DNA from: Bugula neritina
Taxonomy: Eukaryota > Animalia > Bryozoa
Direction: 5' to 3'
Length of the DNA stretch: 64,000 nucleotides
NCBI GenBank assembly: GCA_964035545.1
Contig: OZ037768.1
Location: forward strand, 20,691,700 to 20,755,699
How positions within the stretch are numbered: position 1 is the first letter of the stretch; every line of letters begins with the position of its first letter. Shown here piece after piece: positions 37,000 through 48,920 of this stretch. The notes below the pieces were generated by a model. It did not search any database. It was not told the DNA's origin and was given only the letters and a program-made list of their open reading frames with translations. The translations under genes and the position numbers were made by a program.

Positions 37000-39490
37000 C
37001 CTGTGCTACCAACGGAACAGTGTAGTAATTAAAGGATTAGAAGCTCATGCTCCTTATCATGTTGTTCGTAAATCATGACCGATGTTTGACAAATCTAAGC
37101 AGTGTGAATCAAATGTTCAAAAAGAACTTTATGAGAGGCCAAATGCCCAGGCTCAATGGCACGCTTAGTCAGTGCCGACAAATGCCTACGTTGGTTAAAT
37201 ATCTGATAGCTTCGACGTTAGCACTATCAACTCAGATCTCCAAGTACCCCTACAAGATGCAAATGTGGTGTCAGATATTGTCAAGTCTCCAGACACACTT
37301 TTCAGCAAAAAAAATCACGTGTACTTAGAATGCCGATAGTGTAGATGTAGCTTACCGCTGTAGAGTAATAAAACAAAAGATCAGCAGGAAAAACTCCTTG
37401 CTTTACATTTTTGATGGCTCCTCTATAGAAGATGCCCAAGAGCATGTCTTTGCTTTGCAAGATATGCATTAAAGACATTTCTTGATTTGGATATTATATA
37501 TGTTACAACAGAACAGCACTTTCCCTCTCTGTATTCACAACCTCCATCATCTGTTTCAAGTTCTTTTAGCTCCCAGGTGACGCAAGGACACAGCATGCTG
37601 CGGCAAATTGTTTTATTTAGGAAAAATGTAAACTTTCATGCTACAGACGTGAAAGAAAAGTTGGCAAATGCAAAAAGTATACCGAGAAATTTAGGAGTAT
37701 ATGTTTTAGGTGCAGCAATATCTTGAAAAACTCAAGAGTTTGTAAAGCAATTAAATACAGATAACTGGGTCGAAAAAATATAGTGTCAGTACTGGTAGTC
37801 AATATATGCAGCAAGCCCATTTTTTGCAAGCAGCTCAAATTGTTAATCAGAAACAAAAACAAAACAAAATGACTCTTAAATTTTGGAGATAAAATTTTTA
37901 ACATGGGACCCTCTCTCATTCTCTGAGATAGTTGTTAGTGCATGTTCAGATATATCACCAGGAGGAGTTGATGCGATCTTAGAAATCCAACTAATGTTGC
38001 TATAACAAAGGTTGTGTATACGGAACGGTGATGGTAGCAATACTTGTTATTAGAGCTGTTGGCAGCGCGAGTACAGTCTACAAGCATCATGGAAAGCCAG
38101 TTTGTAGAAATTTTTTCCCTAAACTGCATGGTATAGGTCATCATAGGCTTGATTGTTCAGTAGCTCACCTTAAAAAGAATGGCTTGTCAATACGGCAGAA
38201 AAACTGAGGTGGCAGAAAAAGCAATACAAGAAGCATGAATTTTCTATCTACCAAAATTGTTTTTCATCAAACTTTGCTGAGGCGCATGCCATCAAGCTCC
38301 CTGGATGAATGCCTGGTTCCAAGGCTTACAATATATCTCTCCTACCATAAGAGAGGACATAGAGTTTGGTTTACACTTAGCATGTTTCAAATGTTGGAAT
38401 GGTTGTTGGCTTCACTACCTCTAGTAACTTGTGGCACTCTTAACTACCTTTCGTCATTTCTAGCAGATCAGCTAATCATCTTTGTTGGGTTTGTTAATCA
38501 AACAACACCTTTATTAACGAGTGAGTATATTCTAAATGGTGAAATAGCATTTAATCTTATGTTTTTCAACTAGTGGGGTCTGCAATGAAGGTGATAATCA
38601 TCAGCTGACCTATCTTATTGACGAAGAGCGACAAGTGATTTCACTTATTCACGATTACTTAGAGCGTCTCAATGTCAACCATGACACACCTCTCATACTG
38701 CATGCAGATTACTGCTGGTATGTGTATTAATTTCGATTTTTTTTCCATAATGTTTTTCTTTTAAAAACTTTTTCTTCTCAAAAATTTTTAATGTGTAATA
38801 ATTTCAGCATTTTCTTTTCAGTGGACAAAACAAAAACAGCTACAAGGTGCATTACCTTCTATGGAAAATGCTTACAAAACGAACTAGTCAAAACATCGAG
38901 CTTGACTTCATGATAGCTGAGCACACTAAGCTTGCCCCTGATCAACACTTTGGCAATCTCAAAAGGCGCTTTGTAAGAACTTTTGATTTCATCTTAGCCA
39001 GAGCTATATCAGGCTTGTTGGCCATTATGTATTGGTTATACATTGCTTTGTTTAGAAAATTAACTAAGTGCTTTGTTTGCTAGAACTCTTTGTCATATTG
39101 GCTTTTGCAGGTTGTCAACAACTCTGCAGTAAATAACACAATCGTTGGAGATGGTACAGGAGATACTGAGGAAGTGATCATGTATGACTGAGCTCAGTTT
39201 TTTTGCCGTCTGCCACACAGTCACGTACCATCAGATCGTCCACACTGCAGAGAGTGTGGCTCACTGCAAGATGCTGGTCGGAGAATCTGCGACAACTGAA
39301 ATTCTCCTTAAAAAGTGTTCTGCTGCTGATCGACTTCCAACTGCAATTCCATCAAAAGGTCTTGATCTTCAAAGGCAGAGGTATCTCTATGAGCATATCA
39401 GGGAGTTTTGTAAGCCAGATACTCAAAGATCTTGTTTGCCCTGGACCATATTTTCCTAAGCCTCAAGGGGAGGCTGCTGAGTACTATTAG
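37000..39490 (+). mobile_element. Decayed intron-containing Sola-like DDE transposase, interrupted by a 600-bp segment (37468-38073)
   Basis: Remnants YKHHGKPVCRNFFPKLHGIG, FAEAHAIKLPG, YLIDEE..VISLIHDYLE, LILHADYC|GQNKN (split by an intron at about 38718-38821), FMIAEHTKLAPDQHFGNLK and KGLDLQRQRYLYEHIREFC. Confidence 0.7.
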
Positions 39491-39829
39491 ATTATATTCA
39501 AACTAAAACAGAAGGAAATATGGGAGGTCTCGCGTTCAGATGGTACTGGCATGTAAAAGATCTACCTTCGCCTTTCTTTGAAAGAGTAGCCAGGTATTTG
39601 ATAAAGCATGCGTAACTCTCTGCACACTTTTCTCAGATCAGGACAGAAATGAAAGCAGGTCCTGGGTGTGTGGAGAAACAGGGATGCCAGCAAAAAGCCT
39701 CTACATTTCTGCTACTATGTTATTTGAGTGTTGTAAAGTTGCAATAACTCACTTGTTATTTGGATTAATGAATCCTACGTTATAAATTTTTTCATCTTAT
39801 TCATTATTCATCGATATTTATTTTGTTTG

Positions 39830-40555
39830 AACAATACTTTAGATACCAGAAAGCGAATGGCCAAGCTTGCGGGCCAAAAGGTTGCTTTCTACGTGGTAGG
39901 AGAATGGATCCCTGCCATAGTGGACCACTTGTTCCACGCCGTGATGAACACAATCAAAGGGCCTTTGAGAGTTGCTTGGTGGAAGTCGTTGGTGAACCAC
40001 ATTGCTAACATACATGTCCATGAAACACCTGAATTTCCTGTATGTCTACATGGTGCAGAGTCTCAAATGACTATAGGTGACGATGGCTTTGAATATATAC
40101 CAGCTTATATTCAGAAAGGTGATTATTAGATACTAGATACATTTAGCAGTAACAATAAGTGAATCCAATTAGTGCTAGAAACTCCCTATGATAGCAATAT
40201 GTGCTTCTGCTGTAACTTGGCTGCTCGTGAATTGCCAGTAATTTGATTCGTGACTTTCACTTAAGAAAGCTATAGTAACTAAACTATTCCTTTGACTTTT
40301 ATTACCGATGTAACAGAGTAGGGGTGATTAAAACATCATTCTAGTATGTACATAGCAAAAGTGTTATTGCCTAATAATGCTTGTAGGAAGTGAGTTGCAT
40401 GACGAGATGGAAATCATGGTATTAGAAAGTAAGTTGATCAAAGCTATCAATAATGCTACCAAAGCTACCACAAGTGAGCTTGAAAGCTTCCACAGTTGTC
40501 TCAATCGAAATGCGCCAAAAATGGAGGGGTTTTCCTATTCAGGACAGCTCAGCAG
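39830..40555 (+). mobile_element. Kolobok-like DDE transposase fragment (two exons)
   Basis: EWIPAIVDHLF..WKSLVNHIANIH..CLHG, then an intron (about 40119-40387), then TTSELESFHSCLNRNAPKMEGFSY. This matches the T..LE.FH....PK..F third-catalytic-residue motif. Confidence 0.6.
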
Positions 40556-40562
40556 GTAGGAA

Positions 40563-41744
40563 TAGAGCTGAGGCCGTTTTGATAGATTCACCAGCACACC
40601 GCAAAGAAGTCCTTCTGCTCTAGTAATACCTAGTCACTCTTGTGTGACAATGCCATCTCAATACATCTCCCCCGCAGTCGAACAAAATAAGATGCAAGAT
40701 CAACTCATGATCGACTATAACAAAAACAAAGCCAACAAAGTTTTTACAGTAGCATTTACATATCATCTGAAGCCATCTCGGTGGTCATTTAACATAAAAA
40801 AAGTTTAAGCTAAAGTAGCTACAAAAATAGGCCTGGCAGTATAAAGCCATCTCACCACAACTAGTGAAATCAGCAAAATAGGGCAGAGCTTGAGAGTGGG
40901 CTGAGTGAAACCCATGCAAATCTGAATCATTACTAACAGAAAATATGGTTAAACTTGATAGTTTATTAGCAAGTCAAATTAGGTGTTTTTACACCTTTAT
41001 GATTTTGAGCCATCAATTAAGTTTGACAAATTTTTCTTATTGCATAGATAAACGATATCAAGTATAGATTGATTACTTAGAAACAGGCTTATGTATTTCA
41101 AAAAAGCATCAAAGTGCCGATTAGCTGATTATTGCTAATGCATAATAAAAAGAAGATACCCCAACTGCAAGCACATCATAGCAACAAATGCTACCAAGTG
41201 TTTCAACTGCGGTGAGTAAATTCTCACATATCAATAAAGTAATTGTCATCGTACTTCATATTTGTTGAAGCTTAGTTTTAAGTTGTCCTGCATGCATGCA
41301 GTAGGAAGCAAGTTTCTGTAGCAATGGATCTCTCTGTTTTAGTAATATTTGTGAAGTGCGTATATGCAATTAAATTAAATTAATTTTCTTGCTTGGCATC
41401 ACATTGCACAGCATTATTTATTACTAGTTTTTCTTATAAGTGTTCCCTGTTGCCATTCAAAGAGGAGATCTTTCAAGTTGTTTTGCAAACCTGTCCATAA
41501 AATAAACTAATTAAGCAATAAATGTAAATATTTGTCTTTAACACCTGTTCAGTTGTGCTTGCAATTATATGTGTACACTCTAGGGTATTATAAAGCACTT
41601 GACATTATAGAGCAAACAAATCACAATGACTAAGCTATTTGAACAGGGAGTTCACTATAAAAAAGGTAATAGATACACAAGGCAAAGAATGTGTAACATG
41701 GTAAGCGATTTTGACCATGTTGCTGTAGCTTGTTTCATTACTTT
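40563..41744 (+). mobile_element. Decayed piggyBac-like transposase 3' region, copy 2 (uninterrupted)
   Basis: KEVLLL, QLMIDYNKNK..AFTYHLKPSRW and RRYPNCKHIIATNATKCFNCGE..CPAC. Direct repeat of 30349-33133 without the LTR insert. Confidence 0.55.
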
Positions 41745-42719
41745 CTATGTCACTCGATATAAATGTGTTACGCTCGGACATTTTTTTTTTCAAACTTTAG
41801 TAATAAGTGCTAGAATAACTGTCCAATAATTGCAAAATTAAGTCGTTGGATGTAATTTTTCAAGTATACAGTGAGAAAACTCCAGTCCCTGGTGCATACC
41901 AGCTCTGTTTGCTACCAGGAGATAAACAATTGTTGAAATTCAGAAGTTTTACTTGGAAAGAATATAACACGCTGTGAAAGAAAAACATGTGTTGTAGTAA
42001 TAAAATTCAAAAGTTCGAAACTGCCCGGTAGGGTTATAAAAACTTTCATCAACTTAGAAAGAATGCTGTGCGTTTGCAGTGCTTTTATGTCACTTGTAAA
42101 TTGTATTTTTCATTACAGATTCCATCCAAGGTGTACCAATATCGGTGTAGTTGTGTGTGGTGGTAACAATCTGGGTGGAGAACAGAGTCCAGTCAACTGA
42201 ACTTGCAAGCTGCAACTATTTTATGCATAGAAAGAAAAATACTGCTCAACTCTATTTCATTAATGCTTTAAAAAATAGAAATAAAATACAAGAGAACTGG
42301 AAACAACCTGATAAAACAAACCACAGTGCCCAAAAACATCTAGACACATATCCAAGGTAAAATCTGTAGCCACACCGTTATGAGCATCACCAACAAACCT
42401 CAAAAAAAAAAATTTGCACAACTTTGTAAATACAACACTCAAATAATTATTTTTTATTATTTCATGTCGGTAACCCAATACTGAGATGAAAAAACTACCT
42501 AAATAATGTAGCTCAGCCTACACTGCATGTCACAAATGTTAATAAAACTTGCTTAATTTAATCTGGAAAATCGTTAATTGAAACCAGATTTCCTAACTTG
42601 ACCATATTGTACATAAATATAAAAAGAGGGTCTAGGACAAATTTAAATGGTAAAAAGCGTAACTGAGTTGATTATCTCTAGAAAACAATATACACATTTT
42701 CCTAACTCCACTAAAAATA

Positions 42720-43700
42720 TTAGTGAGGCGGAGGCAGTGGATTTACAAATGCTCAAAACTCTGCACGGTGAAGAGATTTCTGAATTGCACAAAATGATTC
42801 ATCAACTTCAGTGAGTTGGGTGACTGAAGTGCTGGTAGACCAGTTGCAAGAGCAGTTGACAGAAGCCAACCCAGCATATATAAAAACCAAAGATGGCTGT
42901 AGATAGTGGAAAATATAGTGAAAATATAAGCAGATAAATAATATTTCTAGGGTGTTGGAAATGACAACAAAGCTGGTACGTGGGATTGAATGATCTTTCA
43001 TTGTCTGGCTTTTGAATCACTTCAATGATATAGGAAGTGCACACATAGGCCATAAAATCCTAATGGCGTTGAGGCCACTTATGACATTTTGCAGTTTATA
43101 CAACTTTAAAGTGTAGGGGTTTAAAAAATTATAGCCATTTGTTTCTCAGTGAGAACTATATAACTATATATTAATAACTAGATTGGCACCAAAAATTAAT
43201 TTATAAATAGTGCCGCCAATAAATTTAAACTGAAAGCTGTGTTGTTGATACTTGGTATCAACAACTACGCCCCATCAAATAATATATAGCAGCTTTTTCA
43301 GTGCGAAGTAAAGTTAGAATAAAATAAATATAAACATACATCTCTCATAGGCCAAGCAGTAGAAGCTATACTGGAACCCCTGTGTTTTTAATGAGTTAGA
43401 GAAATTTTTAGGGCATGATGTTATAGTTAAATTGCAACATTCTCTCATTAGATGGTTGGCTATTGCGTTTCGAAGAACAGTCAAAGTTGCGAAAGATGAG
43501 TCTCATGCTTCTTCTGAACGGAAACAGTTCAGTAATGTGGAAAGCCATTCTGACTAATATTAAAATTAAATACAAATCATCTGGTGAACCTGTGTGGTTA
43601 CAAGTATTTTTAATAGATGGAGTGCAAGTGGAACTGCTTTCCAGATGTGGAAAATAGGCTTAACGACCCATTTTCACTGTCTGGTAATATTCACTATTTG
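42720..43700 (+). mobile_element. Heavily decayed DDE (hAT-like) transposase remnant; partial second copy at about 45800-46180
   Basis: Plus-strand remnants TKDGRKYSENIR, LPPSSF..M..QAVEAILE, ELEKFLGHDVI..CN.HSLDG and KYKSSGEP..ENRL. Direct repeat 42500-43410 / 45620-46180. Confidence 0.4.
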
Positions 43701-46199
43701 TTACCTTTTTTAAAAAATATTTTGAGCAACGGTGCAGCAGGAAAATATATGCAAATCAGATTTATGCGACACTGATGTTGGATAAGGTTCAAAATTAGTT
43801 GGTGGTAGAAGAATTGTTCGGTAAGAGCAGGACTGTTTGGCAGAGTTCAATTTTAGTTACATCTTGTAGCTAAACAGTTATGAGCACCACCAACAAACAG
43901 TAAAAAATCTTTGCAAAACTTTAAATACAACACTCAAATATTTATTTTACAAAATATTGATTCTGCTCTGTGCTTCTAATAATTAAAAATCAGTTGTTCG
44001 ATTAGCACTAGACCTCGACTGCTTTTATTAAATTTTTTATTATTTCGCACTGTGGTTTAACTGCAGAACTCTTACGCTTCTAATCCTGTTGCTTTCGCTA
44101 ATTTGAGTTCCTTAAAAAATGGTCATATTGATTTTTAGGTCATGAATTTCTCAAAAGTAGCTCAACAAAAGCTAAAGATGCTCTTAAACAGTTGCCCAAT
44201 AAGTTTGCTAGTACGCTACCTGCAGATGATCTTGACTCATCTTGAAAATATTATAAATGCTTAGGATAAAAATGTTGGGTGTTCAGATAAATGTAACGCA
44301 TTTAAGACAATTTTTGATTTGGATATGGTATATGTTACAACAGAGCAGCACTTTCCCTCTGTATTCACAACCTCCATCATCATCTGTTTCAAGTTTTGTT
44401 AGCTCCAAGGTAATGCAAGGACACAGCATGCTGGGGTAAAGTATTTTAGTTAGAAAAAAATGTAAACTTTCATGCTACAGCGGGAGACTTGAAAGAAAAG
44501 TTGGCAAATGCAAACAGTAGACTGAAAAATGTAAGACTAGATCTTCTAGGCACAGCATTATCTTGAAAAACGCAAGAGTTTGTAAAGAAATTAAATGCAT
44601 ATAGCTGGTTTGAAAAAAATATAGCTTCAGTACTGGTAGTCAATATATGCAGCAAGCCCATTCTTTACTAACAATTCAAATTGTTAATCTGAAAAAACAA
44701 AATGGCTACCTTAAATCTTAAAGATTAAGTTCTCAACGGGGGAATCTCTCTAATTCTTTGAACTAGTTACTAGTGCATGTTCAGATATACCACCAGGAAG
44801 AGTTGATGCAATCTTAGAAATTCAATTAATGTTGCTACAACAAAGGTTGTGTGTATATGGAACAATAATGGTAGCAATACTTGTTATTAGAGCTGTTGGC
44901 AGCGTGAGTACCAGCTCTGGTGTGCCTAAGCTCTCAGAACTATAGTTTGTAGATGAGAAAACTGCTGATGAGACAGAAGATCATGAATTCTGTTAGCACG
45001 TATTGTGGCAGATTTTCTGAATTTGTTGAGTAACTTTATAGGATTGTTTTAGATGTAGTTAGCATCTTATTTTTGCTTTCCTTTTTTTTCATTTCATGTT
45101 TGCAGGTCTCTCAACTAAATCTATCACTGATCATTAATAGAATTGGTTAGATCATCTCCATAGCTACTGTTTTTTACTTTTCTACTAGCAATCAACTACT
45201 TTTAATGTCTTAGAGCAGGAATAGAGCGGTCATGATGTGTTATGCACCATACCTTTCCACCTTTTCAGGAACTTCACAACAGCTCTTTTTATTACCACTA
45301 TCTTTAAACTAAAAGTTGTTCTGGGAAATATTGAACCTACAATTCTGATAAATTTTCAGATAGTTATTGAGTTCAATATATTTATTAATATGAATGAATT
45401 TTAAAAACACTAAATTGACCAAGAAACAATTTGTGTAGGCAATTAGTTTGTTGCCTTTCCATAGCTTTAGTGTATTTTGAATGGGACCTAAAATTTAATC
45501 ATTTTATTAAAAATTTAAAAGTTCATGCCAAGCACATTTTCATATACAAGTGTAAAAATTAGAAACAGGTGTATTCCTATTAATAAAGCGCTTGATGTAG
45601 CATTCCAAATGCACTTCTATAAGAAAAAGCCTACGCAGACAGAGATATTGTAGACTAAATTTGGAAAATCATAAATTGAAAGCTAGATGTTGAAACCTGA
45701 CCATACTTGTAAATATATAAAAAAGGTGGACATATTTAAATGTCAAAAAGCATAACATATGTTGAGTATACGCGCCTTCTAAACTCTACTAAACATAGCA
45801 GTGAGGCCGCAGTGGATTTACAAATGCTCAAAACTCTGCATGCTGAAGAGATTTCTGAATTGCACAAAAAGATTTCTTAACTTCAGTGAGTTGGGCGAAT
45901 CTGAAGGGCTGGTAGATTAGTTCCGAGAGCAGTTGACAAAAGCCAAGCCAGCATCTATCGCAACCAAAGATGGCCGCAAATATAGTGAAAATATACGCAA
46001 ATATATATTTCTAGGGTGTTGGAAATGACAACAAAGCTTACATGTGGGATTCGGCGATCTCCCACCGTCTAGCTTTTGCATTTCTTCAATGATATAGAAA
46101 GTTCACACATCAGCCATGGTTCAAGCAGTAGAAGCAATACTGGAACAACTGTGTATTTAAAGAGTTACAGAAATTTTCAAGACAGAATTTAGGACGGAA

Positions 46200-46860
46200 G
46201 TGCTAGCCCTAGTGCGCCACAAAATAAAAACACACTTCACTCTTGACAACAAAGAAACCGAACAAGTTAGTACCTTCAAATATTTAGGAAGCACACTGTC
46301 AGAGACCAGACTAATAGGTCATGAAAACATTGAGAGAATAAGGAAATATTCACAAAATGTAGGATTCCTCTACCGCCTATTAAAAGATAAAGTGCCATGG
46401 AAAGCCAATAAAATCATACACACAGGAATATCAAGACCAATCTTACTTTATGGTAGTGAAAAATGGAATATCAACAAGAATATGAAAAAGATCACTGCAG
46501 CATATATTAAGGTCATAAGGATAATAAATGGCGTAACCAGGATGGATAAGATTAGAAATTTAGGCCTATGCAAACGAATTCATGTACTACCAATGGCAGA
46601 GAAAATTTTAAAACCACCAGATTAGGTGGTATGGCTACATTAGACGAAGACCAGCAGACCATCTAACAATGGAAGCCCTGAATTACACAATACTAGCAAC
46701 AAGAGTTAGTGGCAGACTACAGAAGCAATGGCACCAGTACATTGACGATTATATATAAGAGAGAAATACCAATTTAGAGAGAGTAAACGCAGAAAAAGCA
46801 TTTGAAAACAGACAAGTATGGAGAAGCCTGACTAACTCAAACTGTCTTACCTGACACGCA
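46200..46860 (+). mobile_element. 5'-truncated RTE-clade LINE (RT thumb/C-terminal region)
   Basis: EQVSTFKYLGS, RPILLYGSEKW, IRIINGVTRMDKIRN and, after a frameshift, RLGWYGYIRRR-like and GR.QKQW. Confidence 0.85.
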
Positions 46861-47289
46861 TTATGATTAGCCTAATCTGGAGTGTAGTAAGCAGATAAGC
46901 ATGGGCAAAAATAAAAGCAAAACAATACTAAAATTGATACATAAAAATAACCAAAAAAATTAAAAAATGATGTAGAAAAGTTGCAGTGCTTTGAAAAAGG
47001 AAAGAAAAAAAGGGAAAAGGAAGGGAATGATGAAGAAATCCACGTTGTGTATAACTATAAGTATTAGTATTAGTATATATAAAAAATATTAAACTAAAGA
47101 GTTCCTGTGCAATATCAACACGCATCTGTTAAGATTATTACTATTGAAGTATAACTATAACTGTAAGACTAAGAGTAAGTATTAGATTAAGATATTACTA
47201 TTAGTATTAGACTTGGTCATAAAGATAAGTAATTATTAATTAAAAATTAATAATAATATTACTATTACTATTACTATTAGTATTAGTAT

Positions 47290-47520
47290 TGGTGTTACCC
47301 GTTAGATGAGATATTCGCTCCTTTGTTCCTCAGAGATTGTATAATATAAATATTAAAAAATTTCACAGTGACTAAAACAGAAATAATTTGGTCGATCACA
47401 GAGAATTAGTGTAACGATGTAGAGATACTTATTTTTTTTTCTTTAGTCTCTCGGCGTGACTTCTTCATGTAGGCCGCCATCTCAAGCCTCGCTATTTCTC
47501 GTTAGTCTGTTAAGTCTTTA
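47290..47520 (-). promoter_or_regulatory. Candidate leftward promoter/first exon divergent from VPS53
   Basis: Local CpG-containing island with YY1-like GCCGCCATCT (47473-47482). Minus-strand donor CGG|GTAACA at 47298 is followed at once by a (TAATAC/TAATAG)n tract, as seen after other first exons in the window. Confidence 0.35.
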
Positions 47521-48920
47521 TTTCTTAACAAGTTTAGTTTAGTTTTTCAAGTACAGATACAGCGAGCCTGTTCTACCTGTTTCAACTTGTTACTTCCGAT
47601 TGTTTTAGACAATAGCTTGCCATTAAATTTAACAATAATAATTATTATTATTATTACATAAAACCGGCTTTATATATTGCCCTTTAAACCTTTGCATAAA
47701 AAACAAATGTGTGTAATACTTCTTAATTTTTATGGCAAGCGCAATAGCTGCATCTAATGAATTTTATTTTTTGTCAGCAATATCTTTTTCTCTTGCAGTA
47801 ACAGTTAGACTTACTCTTAGTGTTACACTTACAGTTACTCTTACTGTTAGACTTAGTGTTAGTGTTAGTGAGTTACACCTACTCTTAGTCTTACAATAAC
47901 AGTAGCCGGTAGCATAAGTACAGCCTACAACTAGTACTACAAGTACAAGCACAGCTATAAACTTAGTTAGACTATCATTCTATTAGACTTAGTAAGTGTA
48001 CGTAGTAGCAGTGTGAGTGTATGGTTATACTTGTAGTTGTACTTGTAGATTATCATTATAAGTTTAAGTATAACTATAAGTATAAGATTAAGTATAAGTA
48101 TAGTTAATGTTATAGAAAATATTAATACTATTAGTATTATAATTATTATTACTATTAGTATTACTATTGGTATTATTTTTACTTTTAATTATATTATAAA
48201 CCTAAAGTGATTATTATTATAATGCTGATACTCTAATGTTTATACTAATACTAAGAGATATACTAATAAGAGATATGAGGATCAGCACTGATCACACACA
48301 GACAGGCTAGTTAGCCTGTTAAGTTAATCTGCACAAGAATGTTAACACTTTTTAGATTACTGTCCAAGTACTGACAACTTAGTTTTTTATATGAGGCACA
48401 CCCCTTCTTCCCTCTAGGGAGGTCCAGTGTGGAAATAACATCGACAGGTATCGACAGACTAATAGTAATACTAATACCAATGGTATTACTATTTTGTGGC
48501 TTCTGGTTTTTGTTTCACTGACCAGCTATCACTGCTAGTATAAGTATAACTTTCTCTTTGCCTATTACTATTAGTATTATATTAAAGATAATCTGAGCTT
48601 AAGCTTAAATTTGAGATCACCTGCGACTGCAACATGTGGAAGTTCCACTCCTGAATTTACTTCATGTTTTGAAAATAAAATGATATGCTCTTACTGTCCT
48701 GGTCTGATACTGATGCTAACAGTAGTAGTGTAAATTAATTAATTATGCATTTATTTTTATACTTATAGTTTCAGTAATTTTATATTTACTCAAATGTTAC
48801 AAAGTTTCGTTAAAATATTTACTTAGCTATGTAATTGAATAATAACTAGCAAAAAGAATATTATTTTATGAATTTTGTTTTTAATGTATTGGTATGACTC
48901 ACTATGATTATTCAACTAGA

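Noticed and set aside
42117-42215. VVVCGGNNL, an SGNH-hydrolase-like snippet
   Set aside because: Too short and disrupted to assign, and not counted in the strand-bias tally.
29400-47000. One giant element (Polinton/Maverick, Helitron or endogenous virus) spanning the TE block
   Set aside because: No enclosing TIRs or TSD, and no polB, capsid, Rep or helicase remnants were recognised.
47352-47480. Minus-strand short ORF MAAYMKKSRRETK...
   Set aside because: About 42 codons with no recognisable homology or downstream coding exons. The ATGGCGGC is equally explained as a YY1-like motif.
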